From: Octopus sinensis
Taxonomy: Eukaryota
Assembly: GCF_006345805.1 (NCBI RefSeq)
Contig: NC_043002.1
Span: forward strand, 14,136,001-14,200,000
Direction: 5' to 3'
Length of the DNA: 64,000 bases
Shown: one piece after another, positions 26,215 to 40,277 of the stretch
How the letters are laid out: every line of letters starts with the position of its first letter
Position numbering within the stretch: position 1 is the stretch's first letter
Position numbers and translations under genes: made by a program
Notes under the pieces: generated by a model
The model's input: only the letters and a program-made list of their open reading frames with translations
What the model was told of the DNA's origin: nothing
Databases searched by the model: none

Positions 26215-27047
26215 CTGGACTAAACTAAACGCAAAAGAAATAGACAAAGAAAAATCCCAGCAATGGTTGAGAAGCTCAGGACTCAAAGCAGAAACAGAGG
26301 GATTTTTAATTGCAGCACAAGACCAAAGCCTCCCCACCAGAATTTACCAAAAACATGTAATGAAAAGAAATATTACAAGTAACTGCAGAATATGTGGAGA
26401 TGGACAAGAAACAATAAATCATATTATCTCTAGCTGCCCAGTCCTGGCTAAGAAGGAATATATTCACAGACATGACAGAGTTGGAACCTACATACATTGG
26501 AAGCTATGCCAACATTATGGAATAACGACAGAAAAAAGATGGTATAGGCACACACCAGAAAAGGTCACAGAAAACGAGAAAGCAACCATACTCTGGGACA
26601 TGCCGATACACACAGAGAGAGAAATTAAGGCCAACAGACCAGATATAGTTGTCAGAGATCATGAAGAAAAAAAATGCTTTCTAATTGATGTATCAATACC
26701 GGCTGATGACAACGTGTCTCTGAAAGAAATGGAGAAACTCTCAAAATACAAAGACCTGGAAATGGAGGTGGCCGGAATGTGGAATCTGAAAACAGAAACA
26801 ATTCCTATCATAGTAGGTGCATTAGGCATGATAAAAAAATATTCACACAAATACATAACAAAAACACCAGGACTTACAAACACATATAACATACAGAAAA
26901 TTGCACTACTAGGCACTGCACACATCCTACGCAGAACACTTTCCATACAATAACCATCAGAGCATCACAACAAATCACAGCACATACCCATGGCACACAG
27001 AGCTGCGCTCGATAGTGAACTGAAAGCACGCTATAAAAATAAAACTA

Positions 27048-27050
<3 letters not shown>
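26210..27050 (+). mobile_element. 5'-truncated R4/Dong-clade element in (AAT)n: zinc knuckle plus restriction-like endonuclease, 3' UTR 26954-27050
   Basis: Open frame to TAA 26951-26953: LIAAQDQSL, CRICGDGQETINHIISSC, RHD, WD, RPDIVV..FLIDVSIP..EKLSKYKDL, GALG, LLGTAHILRR; AAT arrays on both sides. Confidence 0.95.
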
Positions 27051-27105
<55 letters not shown>

Positions 27106-27106
27106 T

Positions 27107-27566
27107 AAAATGTGGAAGCTGAAAAAATGTGGAAGCTGAAAAAATGTGGAAGCTGAAAAAATGTGGAAGCTGAATTAAAATGTGGAAGCTGAAGACTAAA
27201 ACAATACCTGTTGTCATAGGTGCCCTGGGAATGATAGCAAAAGGGGCTGATAGCTACCTAACTCAGATACCAGGAAACCCCAAAATGGCAGAAGTTCAAA
27301 AGATAGTGCTCATGGGAACTGCTCATATCCTACGCAAAATACTCTCTATGTAACCTCAAGGTTTAAAACAACCATAATTTTCGGTTTAAAAAAAAAAAAA
27401 AAAAAAAAACTTTTTTTTTAGACATTCATTAGTACAACATCCCCACCCCCAAATATATGGCACACTAGGCATAACAACAACATGAACTTCCAACCCTGTT
27501 GTCTCTGAGGTCTCTGGGTGAGACTTGGAGCCAACTTGTACAAATATAAAGCAAAAGTCAAACATA
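27107..27566 (+). mobile_element. Second Dong-like element, last ~60 codons plus 3' UTR, with a stuttered 5' junction
   Basis: KMWKLKTKTIPVVIGALGMIAKG..VQKIVLMGTAHILRKILSM*; ends in (AAT)n 27567-27600. Confidence 0.9.
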
Positions 27567-27600
<34 letters not shown>

Positions 27601-27601
<1 letters not shown>

Positions 27602-27990
27602 TCAAAACTGCTGACAAATAGTACAAGCACCTTCCTGAGGTTGTAACATTGAGAGAAAATTTAACTATTCTTTGGGACTTTCCAGTATGTACAAATAGGA
27701 CCATCAAGGCAAATAAACCAGCTTTTGTTGGGAAAGACGATAACAATAAGGTGTTTTTATTAATTGACATGTGCATACCACGTGACCATAATATGTAGGC
27801 AAAAGAATTTTATAAGCTCAGAAAATATAAAGTTCTGATAATCGAAATCGAAAAGATGTGGCATTTCAAGACGGTTACAATACCAATGATTGTAGGATCA
27901 CTTGCAATGAACTGAACATTATTCAAGCATGATCCCTGTTTTACCATACATGCAGGAAGTACAAAAGTTTGTCTTAACTGGTACGTCACA
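27601..27990 (+). pseudogene. Third, older Dong-like RLE fragment
   Basis: YKHLPEVV..LTILWDFPVCTNRTIKANKP..LLIDMCIPRDHN..KLRKYKVLIIEIEKMWHFKTVTIPMIVGSLAM, with stops. Confidence 0.85.
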
Positions 27991-28600
27991 CTTGTCGGGT
28001 GTTACATTTTAAATGTAATCCGGAAGTAAATTTAAACAAACCAGGTCATATGTCAATAGCTTGATTAATTTGAGAGCAACTGACACATACCGATTAATTT
28101 GACGTAATTAGATTTAAAATAAATTTCCCTCAAACGCAAAGCATACCACTATGATGAACGTAAATTAGCAATGTGCCTAAATTAACGATTTTTCTTAATC
28201 ATTCTGAATTTTTACGTAGTTATCTTCAATGTCAGAAGAAACTGCAATTTTGTTCCGCTGCCAGTATTTCTGAATGAATATATTTACTGGTTATACCCAC
28301 GTTTGAATGTGTTTCCAGTAAATACGATGTTTTCTTTCTTTTTTGTGAAGCATCCTTGAATAGTACCTTTGCTGAGAACAAAAGACACTCAGTAACGAGC
28401 TTAGTACAGTATTATACATTACCGCAAGTGCAATTAGTTAATACATATTTCCATTTGTGGCTTTTCTTTTGACATACCGGGTATTCTAGGAATTACATCT
28501 TATGTGAAACTGCAGCTTACTTCGGTGTTAGATTTATTGAAGGGTTTTCCATAAAACTAATTTTGTGCGGAAGGCTTGTGCATATTGGATATCGCTTGCA

Positions 28601-28711
<111 letters not shown>

Positions 28712-28718
28712 ATATATA

Positions 28719-28758
<40 letters not shown>

Positions 28759-29469
28759 ATGGATAGCTCGATTACGCTGAAGCTAGAATTTATGCAAAGA
28801 AATCAAGTACAAATTAAGTAAATCTGTTGGAAAAACTAAAAGACGGGGGCGACAAGATTTCTGAGATATGATGGAGACTACTTGTTAAAATAAAAATCTG
28901 TTATGGTTTGTATGGATATATGAAATATAGAACGATAAATAATGATTCATCTGTATATAAAAATAGATATATCACAATGGAATCAGAAAATAGATATATG
29001 GAAATGCATCATGATATATGTAGAATATTATTCTTAAGCGGGATCACTGAGAAGGAAAAAAATTGAGACGTAAGTGATGGAGAGAGAGAAATAGAGAAGA
29101 CGTGGGTTGGCAAGGTCTGTAATGGGCTTAAGCATACAGAAGAGAAATGAAATAATAAAAGGAGAGAGCAGAAGATGCCGTAAATTCATTTACGCCTATA
29201 ATGTTATAGAAGAGATAAACGAGATATTAAAGAGTGCTGGAAATTTAGAGATCTAGCTAAATGCATAAACGGAGAGCAACATAGCCCACAGAGCCATGAT
29301 ATATATGCACATCGAGAAACACACTCACACACAGGCAAGCACATACACTACATAGCATACACACAGACATATATAAAAGAATACATATATTTACGCTCAT
29401 ATTTATATATATATATAAATATATATGTACATATAGATATTTTTTATTTCATATATGTATATTTATACG

Positions 29470-29501
<32 letters not shown>

Positions 29502-29662
29502 TATAGATATTTTTCATTTCATATATGTATATTTATACGTATATATATATAAATATATATATATTATATATATATATATATATGTATATATATACATATA
29601 TAAATATATGGATATATGTATATAAGTACTTGACTTTCAATTCATATATATATTATATACAA

Positions 29663-29718
<56 letters not shown>

Positions 29719-29723
29719 GAATG

Positions 29724-29819
<96 letters not shown>

Positions 29820-29820
29820 G

Positions 29821-29944
29821 TGGGCGTGGCTGTGTGCTAAAAAGCTTGCTTCCTAATCACCTGTTTCCAGGTTCAGTCGCACAGTGTGGCCATTGGGCTG
29901 TCTTCTATGTGGATTTGGTAGACGGAAACTGAAAGATGCTCGTC

Positions 29945-29988
<44 letters not shown>

Positions 29989-30222
29989 GAGGAAATGTGT
30001 GTGTGTATTTTTGTCTGTGTTTGTCCCCTCATCATCACTTGGCAACCGGTGTTGGCGTGTTTACGACCCCGTAATTTAGGGGACCTGTAAAAGAAACGAT
30101 AGAATTAGTACTGGGCTCACAAAGAATAAGTCGTGGAGTCGATTTGTTCGGCTAAAACCCTTAAAGGCTCTGCTGAGGTATGACCGCAGTCATATGACAT
30201 GCAAGTAAAAGAATAAAAGAAT
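29821..30222 (+). mobile_element. SINE family B, diverged
   Basis: gtggctgtgtg..agcttgct head, ggatttggtagacggaaactgaaag, tail gcaagtaaaagaataaaag. Confidence 0.85.
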
Positions 30223-30264
30223 CAAATAAAAAAACATTAAATGGCTAACATATTTGTGTGTGTA

Positions 30265-30303
<39 letters not shown>

Positions 30304-30498
30304 GCATATATATTTACATGCATATATATACACTTATATATATATATGTATACACACACCTATATATATTTATACATACATATATACATACATATATGTA
30401 TGCATACACATATATACACACATATATATATATATTTATATTTACATGCATGTATATGTTCGTATATTATACATACACAGAGAGAATGAGAAACAGCT

Positions 30499-30594
<96 letters not shown>

Positions 30595-31224
30595 CCGCAG
30601 GTTTATATCTTTAGAGAAAAACTGGGGGAAGAAAGAGAAAGAGTGAAAAAGCAATATTGAAATAATTCTTCACACGTTCAAAGCCTCAGCAGCCGATATT
30701 ATGCGACAATTCGTCTACAGCAAAACCTTTTCTGTAACAACTCGATTCATATCGAATGCCAATTTTCTTTCACATTCATTATGCATTAACATTTCACCTA
30801 GCTTGCTGTAAACGCGAATTTTAAAATGTGAAAGTGTAGAGCAAGTTTGTTTGCCATTACGGATGCTGCATTCCGAGAAATACTTAAAAGAGTTACCTCA
30901 ATGACGCCATGATAGAAATGTATTTATATATACATAAAAATCTCTGTCTCCTGTATCCTATCTACACACTCACATGCACACATACACACACACATACACT
31001 CGCCCGTTCACCTCTTATAATATAATTGGCATTTGCTTCTAAGTTTCACCGGATTCGGTGGCTTATTTGATCAGCTTCAATAAGCTACACACGCGGGAAT
31101 CCACGCAATCACAGCCAATTATATTATGATAAATCTAAGACTTCATTTATCTATATAGAGCATAATTAACTTGATTTTTGCGTTTTTAGATTATCCATTT
31201 GAAATCACTTTACATACGAACATT

Positions 31225-31296
<72 letters not shown>

Positions 31297-31513
31297 ACCT
31301 TAATAACCACACAGTATTTATATATATATCCACAACACCCCGTATTTAATCCCCAACAACCCTACTTAGCTCCATTTTAATTTTTAATCTTTAATTAACT
31401 CCCCTATCTTATGTTAAGTATCACAATAATTTAATACTACATATATGGACATAGAAGCGGATGTGTATGTAATTAAGTGTACAATAATTTTATGTATGTA
31501 TGTATTTGTATGT

Positions 31514-31576
<63 letters not shown>

Positions 31577-31923
31577 CATACACATATATATGTGTGTGTG
31601 TGTGTGTGTATGTATATATGTGTACGTACATACATATATATGCAAATATATATGACTGTATATACGTATACGTAAGTACCTGTATGCGCTCATGCGAGTG
31701 GCTGTATATGCGCGTGCACCTATGCGCACGTATATGTGTGTGCACCTGTGCTCACGCATTGTGTGTGCATGTATATATACATGTATTCACACGCATATTC
31801 CTGTGAATACATGTATATATGCATGTGTACGTATATGCATGTGTATATATATGCATGTTTATGTATAGGTGTATATATATATGTGTCTATATATGTATGT
31901 ATACATATTCGCACACACACACA

Positions 31924-31972
<49 letters not shown>

Positions 31973-32074
31973 TCGGGGTGAGTACTTGATAATTATAAGC
32001 ACCTGTGTATACCGTTTGGTGGTGTAGGTGGTGGAGTAAATTGATCAAAATAAAAACATGATGCCAAGGATTCA

Positions 32075-32152
32075 GCGGTACATATGTTTCGGGCCTTTAT
32101 TAGACAGATTTATAACAATGCATAATGTATGTCTGTGGCCTTCTTCAGCGGC
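32075..32152 (-). ncRNA. Type I hammerhead motif in the left arm
   Basis: Mirror of 36473-36550 with one stem I mismatch (GCCG vs CCGC). Confidence 0.6.
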
Positions 32153-33371
32153 GCACAACAACTTCCACAAGGACATGTGTTACATCAAAAATTCTTGGTT
32201 GGGGATGCAAATCCTCTCATTCGCGTACGACATAATGCGGCAACAGCATAGAATTGAAGCGTCTATCTCTTTCTTCTCTCAATGTAGAATGAGGAAATTT
32301 GGATGTTGAAGTAATGTAGATAAATTAATAAATAAATACATATATAGACGTGAAGGAACCTGGTAATAAGAGTAAATAGGGGTAAAGATGGAGGGTCGAG
32401 AATTCAGGACGAAGGATAAAAAATATATAAAAAGTGTAAGTATAGAAAAATATAAAAATGTAGAGTATAAGGATATAAAGAGATATAAGGAGATATAAAG
32501 GGGATATAAAGAATATAAAAAAATATAAATGGATATAAAGGTATAAAGTTATAAAGTAAAAATAGAAATAGAAATAAAAGTAAAAAAAAAAATAAAAAAT
32601 AAAAATAGGAATAAAAATGATAAAAAATGTAAAAAAATATAAGGATGAGGGATGTATAGTGGTTACGGACCAAACATGGTGGTCAGGAAAATGACAAAAT
32701 TTAGTTTTGGGTGTCAATAAATCAACAGGGGCGTCTGGGGACCTAGTATATTGTAAATCAGAGCTATTGGGCAGCTAATCTAGTTCCTTGAATTAAGTGG
32801 TCATCTTGTACATACATACCAGCATGGATACATACACCCATATACAGGCGCACATATACGCGCGCATACACAGCTCCAAGCATATAAGCATACATACACA
32901 CTCACGTGTAAACATGTACAGAAACACATATACACCCACACACATGCGCATATATACATACATACAACAGAATATGCGTATATATACACGGACATTACAC
33001 GTGTACATATATATATATATACATATATACCCACACACGCACATACACATATACATATACACATACACATATGCATACATATATGCACATGTATACCTAT
33101 ACATACATACGCGTATACACACACCCATATATACATACGTACGTCCATCCTTTCATACACATACACAGATGCCCACACATACAGGTTTTGATATAAGATA
33201 TTAAAAGATGTATATAAGAACGCATGTAAAGAGTCACGCACTCACATCTACCCGTGCACGCACACACGGCTGTGTGTCCATATGTGCGTGTACATATACA
33301 CTTACATACACACACAGAGACATACGCGCGTATAGGTATAGCTATAAGATATTAGAAATCTGCGAAAAAAA

Positions 33372-34331
33372 AGAAATAGGCGAACTAATAGAATAGCACA
33401 CAATAGCAACCCTCCCGACGAGAGCAATATAGATCCTATTAGGAGAAATAGAAGCGATAATAGTAGATTACGCAAATATATATGGTTCAACATACCATAC
33501 AACTTAGCAGTCAGGGGTAAATTATGTAAGAGAATATTCTCTATCATTTCCAACAACTTCCCACGCACCCATAAGTATAGAAGTATCTTCCACAACAAAA
33601 CCATTAGGATTTCCTACTCTACCCTACCCAACATGAGCTGCCTCATAGCTAAACATAACTATATTAATATTAGAACAGCTAGATCAAGAGCAAGCTCTAG
33701 CGACCAACCGAAACCCCCTCATCCAGACAGTAGACAATATAATCAGACTGGCAGCCATATTACCCAAACAGTTAGTAATAGCACCCGCCAACACAAGAGA
33801 GGCAATACCACACCCATCAACAACCAGGAGGATATCAACGCCCCCACACGTAATGCAATACCTCCGCCTGGGATTAACAGCACATGACCGAGTAATGCAA
33901 TGCACTGCAACTGCATATGTGCATCCGAGTGTCCGCTACGGGGCGCATGTAGGGCGAAAAACGTAATATATTCATGTGAGGTGAGTACCCAGTTTAACAC
34001 ACTCATCTACATAGGTTGCTCAACCTCCTGGAAATCCAGATACTACAACCACCGGTCCTCGCTGAAACACAGACATAAAGCTAACAGCACCTCCCTTTCT
34101 AAAAAAATTTGGGAATTAAAAGACAAATGCATAGGTTTCAAACTCAGGTGCTCCATCATCGGATCAGCTGCACCTTATTTAAATAATAGAGCAGGATGCC
34201 AACTATGTTGTGTAGAACTCCTGAATATCTTGAAATTCAAAGACAAACACAATCTTATTAACAAAAGGTCAGAGTTCAAACCATCCTGTATACACAAACT
34301 TATTAATACTTTCAAATACTACAAAGCTTAG
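33372..34331 (+). pseudogene. PLE RT-EN linker and GIY-YIG endonuclease with a single premature stop
   Basis: One frame: RKYIWFNIPYN...FPRTHKYRSIFHNKTIRISYSTLPNM..., TGA at 33885-33887, then CNC..CPLRGAC..VIYSC..IYIG..RYYNH..LSKKIWELK..CQLC..LINKRSE..CIH. Confidence 0.92.
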
Positions 34332-34415
34332 GCTATTATACCAACTCCACCATGCAATTTCCTCCCACCCGGCGCAACCTGTCGGCTCCAGCGAATCCCG
34401 CTTTCCTATATGTGC

Positions 34416-34486
<71 letters not shown>

Positions 34487-36472
34487 CATATATGTGTATG
34501 TATATGTATATATATATATATGTATGTGTGTGTGTATGTGCATATATATTTCCCTGCATTTTCCTCCTCCTATATATACACATTTTGTCTCCCATATATG
34601 TTTTTTTCCCTACATATTTCTTCTCCTACACCTACATTCTCTCTATCTAAACTCTTTATTTCCCTATATCTATACCTTTTCACATTTCTAACTCGGATGT
34701 TGAGCGCACACCGCCAAACTCCACTTTCCACCCTTCCAATTTTCAGTTCCCCCCGCCCGCCCCTACGTGGTTACCTTTAGCACACACCTTTAACTTTACA
34801 CTTTGAACCACCTTTTATTTTTTCCTTCATCTCATGTTAAGCTTTACCCGATTATATTTTTATTTTACTTTATCCTATTCTATTTCGCTTTACCTTTATT
34901 CTTATTTTTATTTTCATTTCTTATTTTAATTCTTATAGTTCTTATAATTTTTATATTTTATTTATAACTTTTATATTGTATTTCTTACTTTTATTTCTAA
35001 TTTTTATTCTTACCCTCATTCTTAACCCTAACTTATCGCTTTATATCTCTATATATGTCTATTTTTTTTGCTTATCCCTTATTTACTTATCTATGGATCC
35101 GCTTTATGATTATACGTGCGTCCGTGTACGTATGTATACGTATACATATGTGTACATATGTACGAGTAAACATCTACGTATGGATGTGCATACCCCGTTA
35201 CACTTCTTTAATAATTTCTTTTAATAATTTTTAAAAATTTCTTACATGTTTTTCGCAGATTTCTAATATCTTATAGCTATACCTATACGCGCGTATGTCT
35301 CTGTGTGTGTATGTAAGTGTATATGTACACGCACATATGGACACACAGCCGTGTGTGCGTGCACGGGTAGACGTGAGTGCGTGACTCTTTACATGCGTTC
35401 TTATATACATCTTTTAATATCTTATATCTAAACCTGTATGTGTGGGCATCTGTGTATGTGTATGTAAGGATGGACGTACGTATGTATATATGGGTGTGTG
35501 TATACGCGTATGTATGTATAGGTATACATGTGCATATATGTATGCATATGTGTATGTGTATATGTATATGTGTATGTGCGTGTGTGGGTATATATGTATA
35601 TATATATATATGTACACGTGTAATGTCCGTGTATATATACGCATATTCTGTTGTATGTATGTATATATGCGCATGTGTGTGGGTTTATATGTGTTTCTGT
35701 ACATGTTTACACGTGAGTGTGTATGTATGCTTATATGCTTTGAGCTGTGTATGCGCACGTATATGTGCGCGTGTATATGGGTGTATGTATCCATGCTGGT
35801 ATGTATGTACAAGATGACCACTTAATTCAAGGAACTAGATTGGCTGCCCAACAGCTCTGATTTACAATACACTAGGTCCCCAGACGCCCCTGTTGATTTA
35901 TTGACACCCAAAACTTCTACAACTAAATTTTTCCTGACCACCATGTTTGGTCCGTAACCACTATACATCCCTCATCCTTATATCTTTTTACATTTTTTAT
36001 CATTTTTATTCCTATTTTTATTTTTATTTTTTAAATTTTTTTTAGTTTTATTTCTATTTCTATTTTTACTTTATAACTTTATACCTTTATATCCATTTAT
36101 ATTTTTTTATATTCTTTATATCCCCTTTATATCTCCTTATATCTCTTTATATCCTTATACTCTACATTTTTATATTTTTCTATACTTACACTTTATATAT
36201 ATTTTTTATCCTTCGTCCTGAATTCTCGATCCTCCATCTTTACCCCTATTTACTCTTATTACCAGGTTCCTTCACGTCTATATATGTATTTATTTATTAA
36301 TTTATCTACATTACTTCAACATCCAAATTTCCTCATTCTACAATGAGAGAAGAAAGAGATGGACGCTTCAATTCTATGCTGTTGCCGCATTATGTCGTAC
36401 GCGAATGAGAGGATTTGCATCCCCAACCAAGAATTTTTGATGTAACACATGTCCTTGTGGAAGTTGTTGTGC

Positions 36473-36550
36473 GCGGCTGAAGAAGGCCACAGACATATAT
36501 TATGCATTGTTATAAATCTGTCTAATAAAGGCCCGAAACATATGTACCGC
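36473..36550 (+). ncRNA. Type I hammerhead ribozyme with extended stem II
   Basis: GCGG CUGAAGA A GGCC ..AGACA..UGUCU.. GGCC C GAAA CAUAUG UA CCGC; palindromic ACAUAUGU stem III, GUA triplet, cleavage predicted after 36546. Confidence 0.7.
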
Positions 36551-36581
36551 CGAATCCTTGGCATCATGTTTTTATCTTGAT

Positions 36582-36621
<40 letters not shown>

Positions 36622-37503
36622 AGTACATGCGTGCGTATATCATAATACCTTCTTTCCTCCTATTTAATTCCTACCTATCATATAACATACCACATACGTC
36701 TATTTATAGTAAATTGACATCCTTGCTTTCTTCCCCCCACTTCAATTTTTATTACCAAAACTAATACTCACTTCGGTATCACCCATCACCCATAGCTTTT
36801 ATGTACCCGTCCCTTAATGCAACTCTGTCATGTCACCCTACTCACATATCTCACATTCGTTTACTCCTTACCTTATCATCGCTTCCTACCCTCTCACACC
36901 TCTCCCATCGTCCCATTACATTATCTTTATTTTCTTGACCACCAACTAACAATCTTTTTCTCACTTCTTTCACACTTTCTTCACTTTTTTCATTATTTTC
37001 CCTTTTTGATTTTCCCTGTCTCTTTTTTTCCCTTTTTCCTTTATACTCTGTTTTTTTCTTCTTATTTTCTCTTCCTGTCTTAAAATTGACCTATCCCCCC
37101 TTTCTAATTACAGACATCTCTTCTCACCCCATCTATCCACAAATACTACCAATACTTTCTTAAATTTACATTCACACCACAAAACCCTTTCGAAAGAGCA
37201 ACACTGATTCCACGGCTCCTTACTTTGAAATGACTGAACATGAACTGCTATTGGAACTCTCATACCATGTACAAGAAACTTTTGTAACACTTCTATATAC
37301 CATATTTCTCGAAAAGTAGAACTGGGACTACAATATTTTATACATGGTATTTCTACTTTTATTCTCTTATTTCCTTCTATATTCCCTATCTCCGCTTTTT
37401 CCACAATAATTGGAATTCAATTATTTTGTCACACCGTCTCTGATGAAGGGATAGCCGCAGTGTTCCAGAAAGCCTTGGATTTGTTATCTCATTCTGTCTA
37501 ATA

Positions 37504-37646
<143 letters not shown>

Positions 37647-37649
37647 TTC

Positions 37650-38020
37650 AGGAGTGGCTGTGTGGTAAGTAGCTTGCTAACCAACCACATGGTTCCGGGT
37701 TCAGTCCCACTGCGTGGCATCTTGGGCAAGTCTCTTCTGCTCTAGCCCCGGGCCGACCAATGTCTTGTGAGTGGATTTGGTAGACGGAAACTGAAAGAAG
37801 ACTGTCGTATATATGTATATATGTGTATATGTTTGTCCCCCTAGCATTGCTTGACAACCGATGCTGGTGTGTTTACGTCCCTGTAACTTAGCGGTTCGAC
37901 AAAAGAGACAGATAGAATAGGTACTGGGCTTACAAAGAATAAGTCCCGGGGTCGATTTGCTCGACTAAAGGCGGTGCTCCAGCATGGCCGCAGTCAAATG
38001 ACTGAAACAAGTAAAAGAGT
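37650..38020 (+). mobile_element. SINE family B, near full length
   Basis: ggagtggctgtgtggtaag..ggttcagtccc (A/B boxes) through ggcggtgctccagcatggccgcagtcaaatgactgaaacaagtaaaagag. Confidence 0.92.
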
Positions 38021-38176
38021 ATATATATTTATATGCATGCTAATACAAGACCCATATTAGACTCCTCACTCGTATCATTATTGAGCCAAGAGTTTCACCA
38101 CAGTCTGTTCGTACGTTGCCTTAGCGTACCCGAAGCCCTTTCTGTATTCTAGATACCAATACCTCTCATATATATA

Positions 38177-38229
<53 letters not shown>

Positions 38230-38236
<7 letters not shown>

Positions 38237-39457
38237 AGATGAGTAAACAGTTGCCAGTTTATACTTTTAATTTCAGGCATGTGCATTGTTTGTTTTTGAT
38301 TGTGTCGACTACACAGTATGGCAAAGTCAGTTGGGCACCGTCTGTGAGCAAAACAACACGATGATGAAGTTTAGTCTGCCAGAAATGCTGAGTCGGCATG
38401 CTGTACTGCTTGGCAATCACGCCGGAACTCCATTCAGTACATTTCAGCGTGTCTAGGTGTCAATCTGAGGACAGTTTACAAGATTCAGAAAGAGTTGGAT
38501 TACGATGGTACAGCAGTTCGAAAATCTTTGAATTTGTTGCTGAGATCCTGGGTATGATTGACAGCGATGCCTTCCAGTCAATCTGGTTCATCGCCAGGGA
38601 CATGGGAGTGTCTGAGTTTCTTATCAGGCAGGTAGTGCCAGAAGACATTCGGTATTCCTCATACAAAATGAGATAGGTCATATTTTATCGCAGGCAATCA
38701 AGAACAAGAGGAAAGACAGCGCTACGAAGCTTTTCAACAGACTCAAGCATCCTTCCAACAAAAGACCCTTTTGTTTTACTCAGACTAGAAAAAGTTCTGC
38801 CAGCATCTGATGCTGAACACACAAACCAAAACATCTACCAAGATTGCTAAAAAATCAAACACGCAGTCAACATCATGGTGATTTGAATGATCACTAGTGA
38901 TAGCGACGTTATACCTCCGTTCATCTGCACACATGATCTCATATTCAATAAGGAAGCCGATATCAAGTGCTTGGAGGAGTTAGCGCTGCTTAGGTCAAGA
39001 GGGTGATTACAGGAAGACCTTATGTTTGGCATCAGGACTCTGCACCATGCCTCACAAATAGGAGTATGCGGTCATGCCACTCAGACAATTTCTGCGACCA
39101 CCTCACTCCTATCATCTGGCCACCTAACACCACAGATTTTAACGCCTTTGATTATCATGTGGAGAGAGCAGTCGAGGGAGAGAACAACAAATCTTCTTGT
39201 AGCAGCAATGATGAACTGAACGCAAGGGTTATGGCAGCATTCAACAACTTATAAAAGGAGACCGTCCACAAGAGTTGTAGAAGTTTCCAAAGTTGTATGG
39301 AGGCCAAGGTTGACGCCAAAGCCACTTTTATTGAATAAATTAACTCTTAAGTATTTCAAGATATTTTGTGCAAGTTTGGTAAATATATCAGTTAAAATGA
39401 GATGTCAGTATTATTTTCTGTTGTGCGTAATTTCAATGACAACCTATTCATCGCACC

Positions 39458-39460
<3 letters not shown>
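38230..39460 (+). mobile_element. maT-family (DD37D) transposon remnant (third subfamily)
   Basis: GRPYVWHQDSAP...WPPNTTDFNAFDY with exactly 37 residues between the two Asp; weak TIR-like ends. Confidence 0.9.
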
Positions 39461-39521
<61 letters not shown>

Positions 39522-40042
39522 CAATCTTACTTAGAAATGGATGCGTGCGTTCCGTCATATAATAATTAATAAATAAATAAAACACATGCATATATGCATA
39601 CATATATGTACGTACCTACCTCTACATGTATATATACATGTATATGTAGGTACAGGACACCCAAAAAAATCGAACACAATGAGAAACGAAAACATAAACA
39701 CAAAACCAAGGAAATGGACATTTTTCATGTGAAACATATTGAAATTTCTTTTCAATTAATCCACTAACTTTTTGGTCAAGTTCCGCATATGCTCACTCCA
39801 ACTACAGCTTAGCAGCAGCATCAGCAGCAACAACAGCAACGCGACCAACAGCCACAGTCATTCCTTAACAGTAGCACAATTGGTGACCTACTAAACTGTA
39901 CAATAAGCAGTCCTTCATAGTCCAACTACTCCCATTCCTTATTTAACTTCAATATCAAATCTGACCCATCATCATCATTGTTATCATTTTCTTCTACTAC
40001 TTCCACTACGAAAACTAAGCATCAACAAGATCAGCAACTACC

Positions 40043-40277
40043 TATTTCTTTATTACCCACAAGGGGCTAAACACAGAGGGGACAAACAAGGACAGACATA
40101 GGTATTAAGTCGATTATATCGACCCCAGTGCGTAACTGGTACTTAATTTATCGACCCCGAAAGGATGAAAGGCAAAGTCGACCTCGGCGGAATTTGAACT
40201 CACAACGTAACGCAGACGAAATACCGCAAAGCATTTCGCCTGGCGTGCTAACGTTTCTGCCAGCTCGCCGCCTTAGT
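40043..40277 (-). mobile_element. SINE family A with 16-bp TSD
   Basis: Full-length match; aagatcagcaactacc at 40027-40042 and 40278-40293. Confidence 0.95.

Larger units (their letters stand above)
32040..36585 (+). mobile_element. 5'-truncated Penelope-like element with ~1.33-kb inverted terminal duplications
   Basis: 32040-33369 is the reverse complement of 35249-36585 (mirror ORFs differ at 4/146 and 3/83 residues); the centre encodes a PLE C-terminus. Confidence 0.9.

Noticed and set aside
24740-26953. RT remnant and RLE ORF as one continuous element
   Set aside because: The RT piece is riddled with lesions while the RLE piece is intact, and an AAT array separates them; separate insertions are more parsimonious
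37435-37480. CUGAUGAAGGGA...UUCCAGAAA hammerhead-like trace
   Set aside because: Only a partial stem II; no NUH site or stem I partner; at best a dead relic
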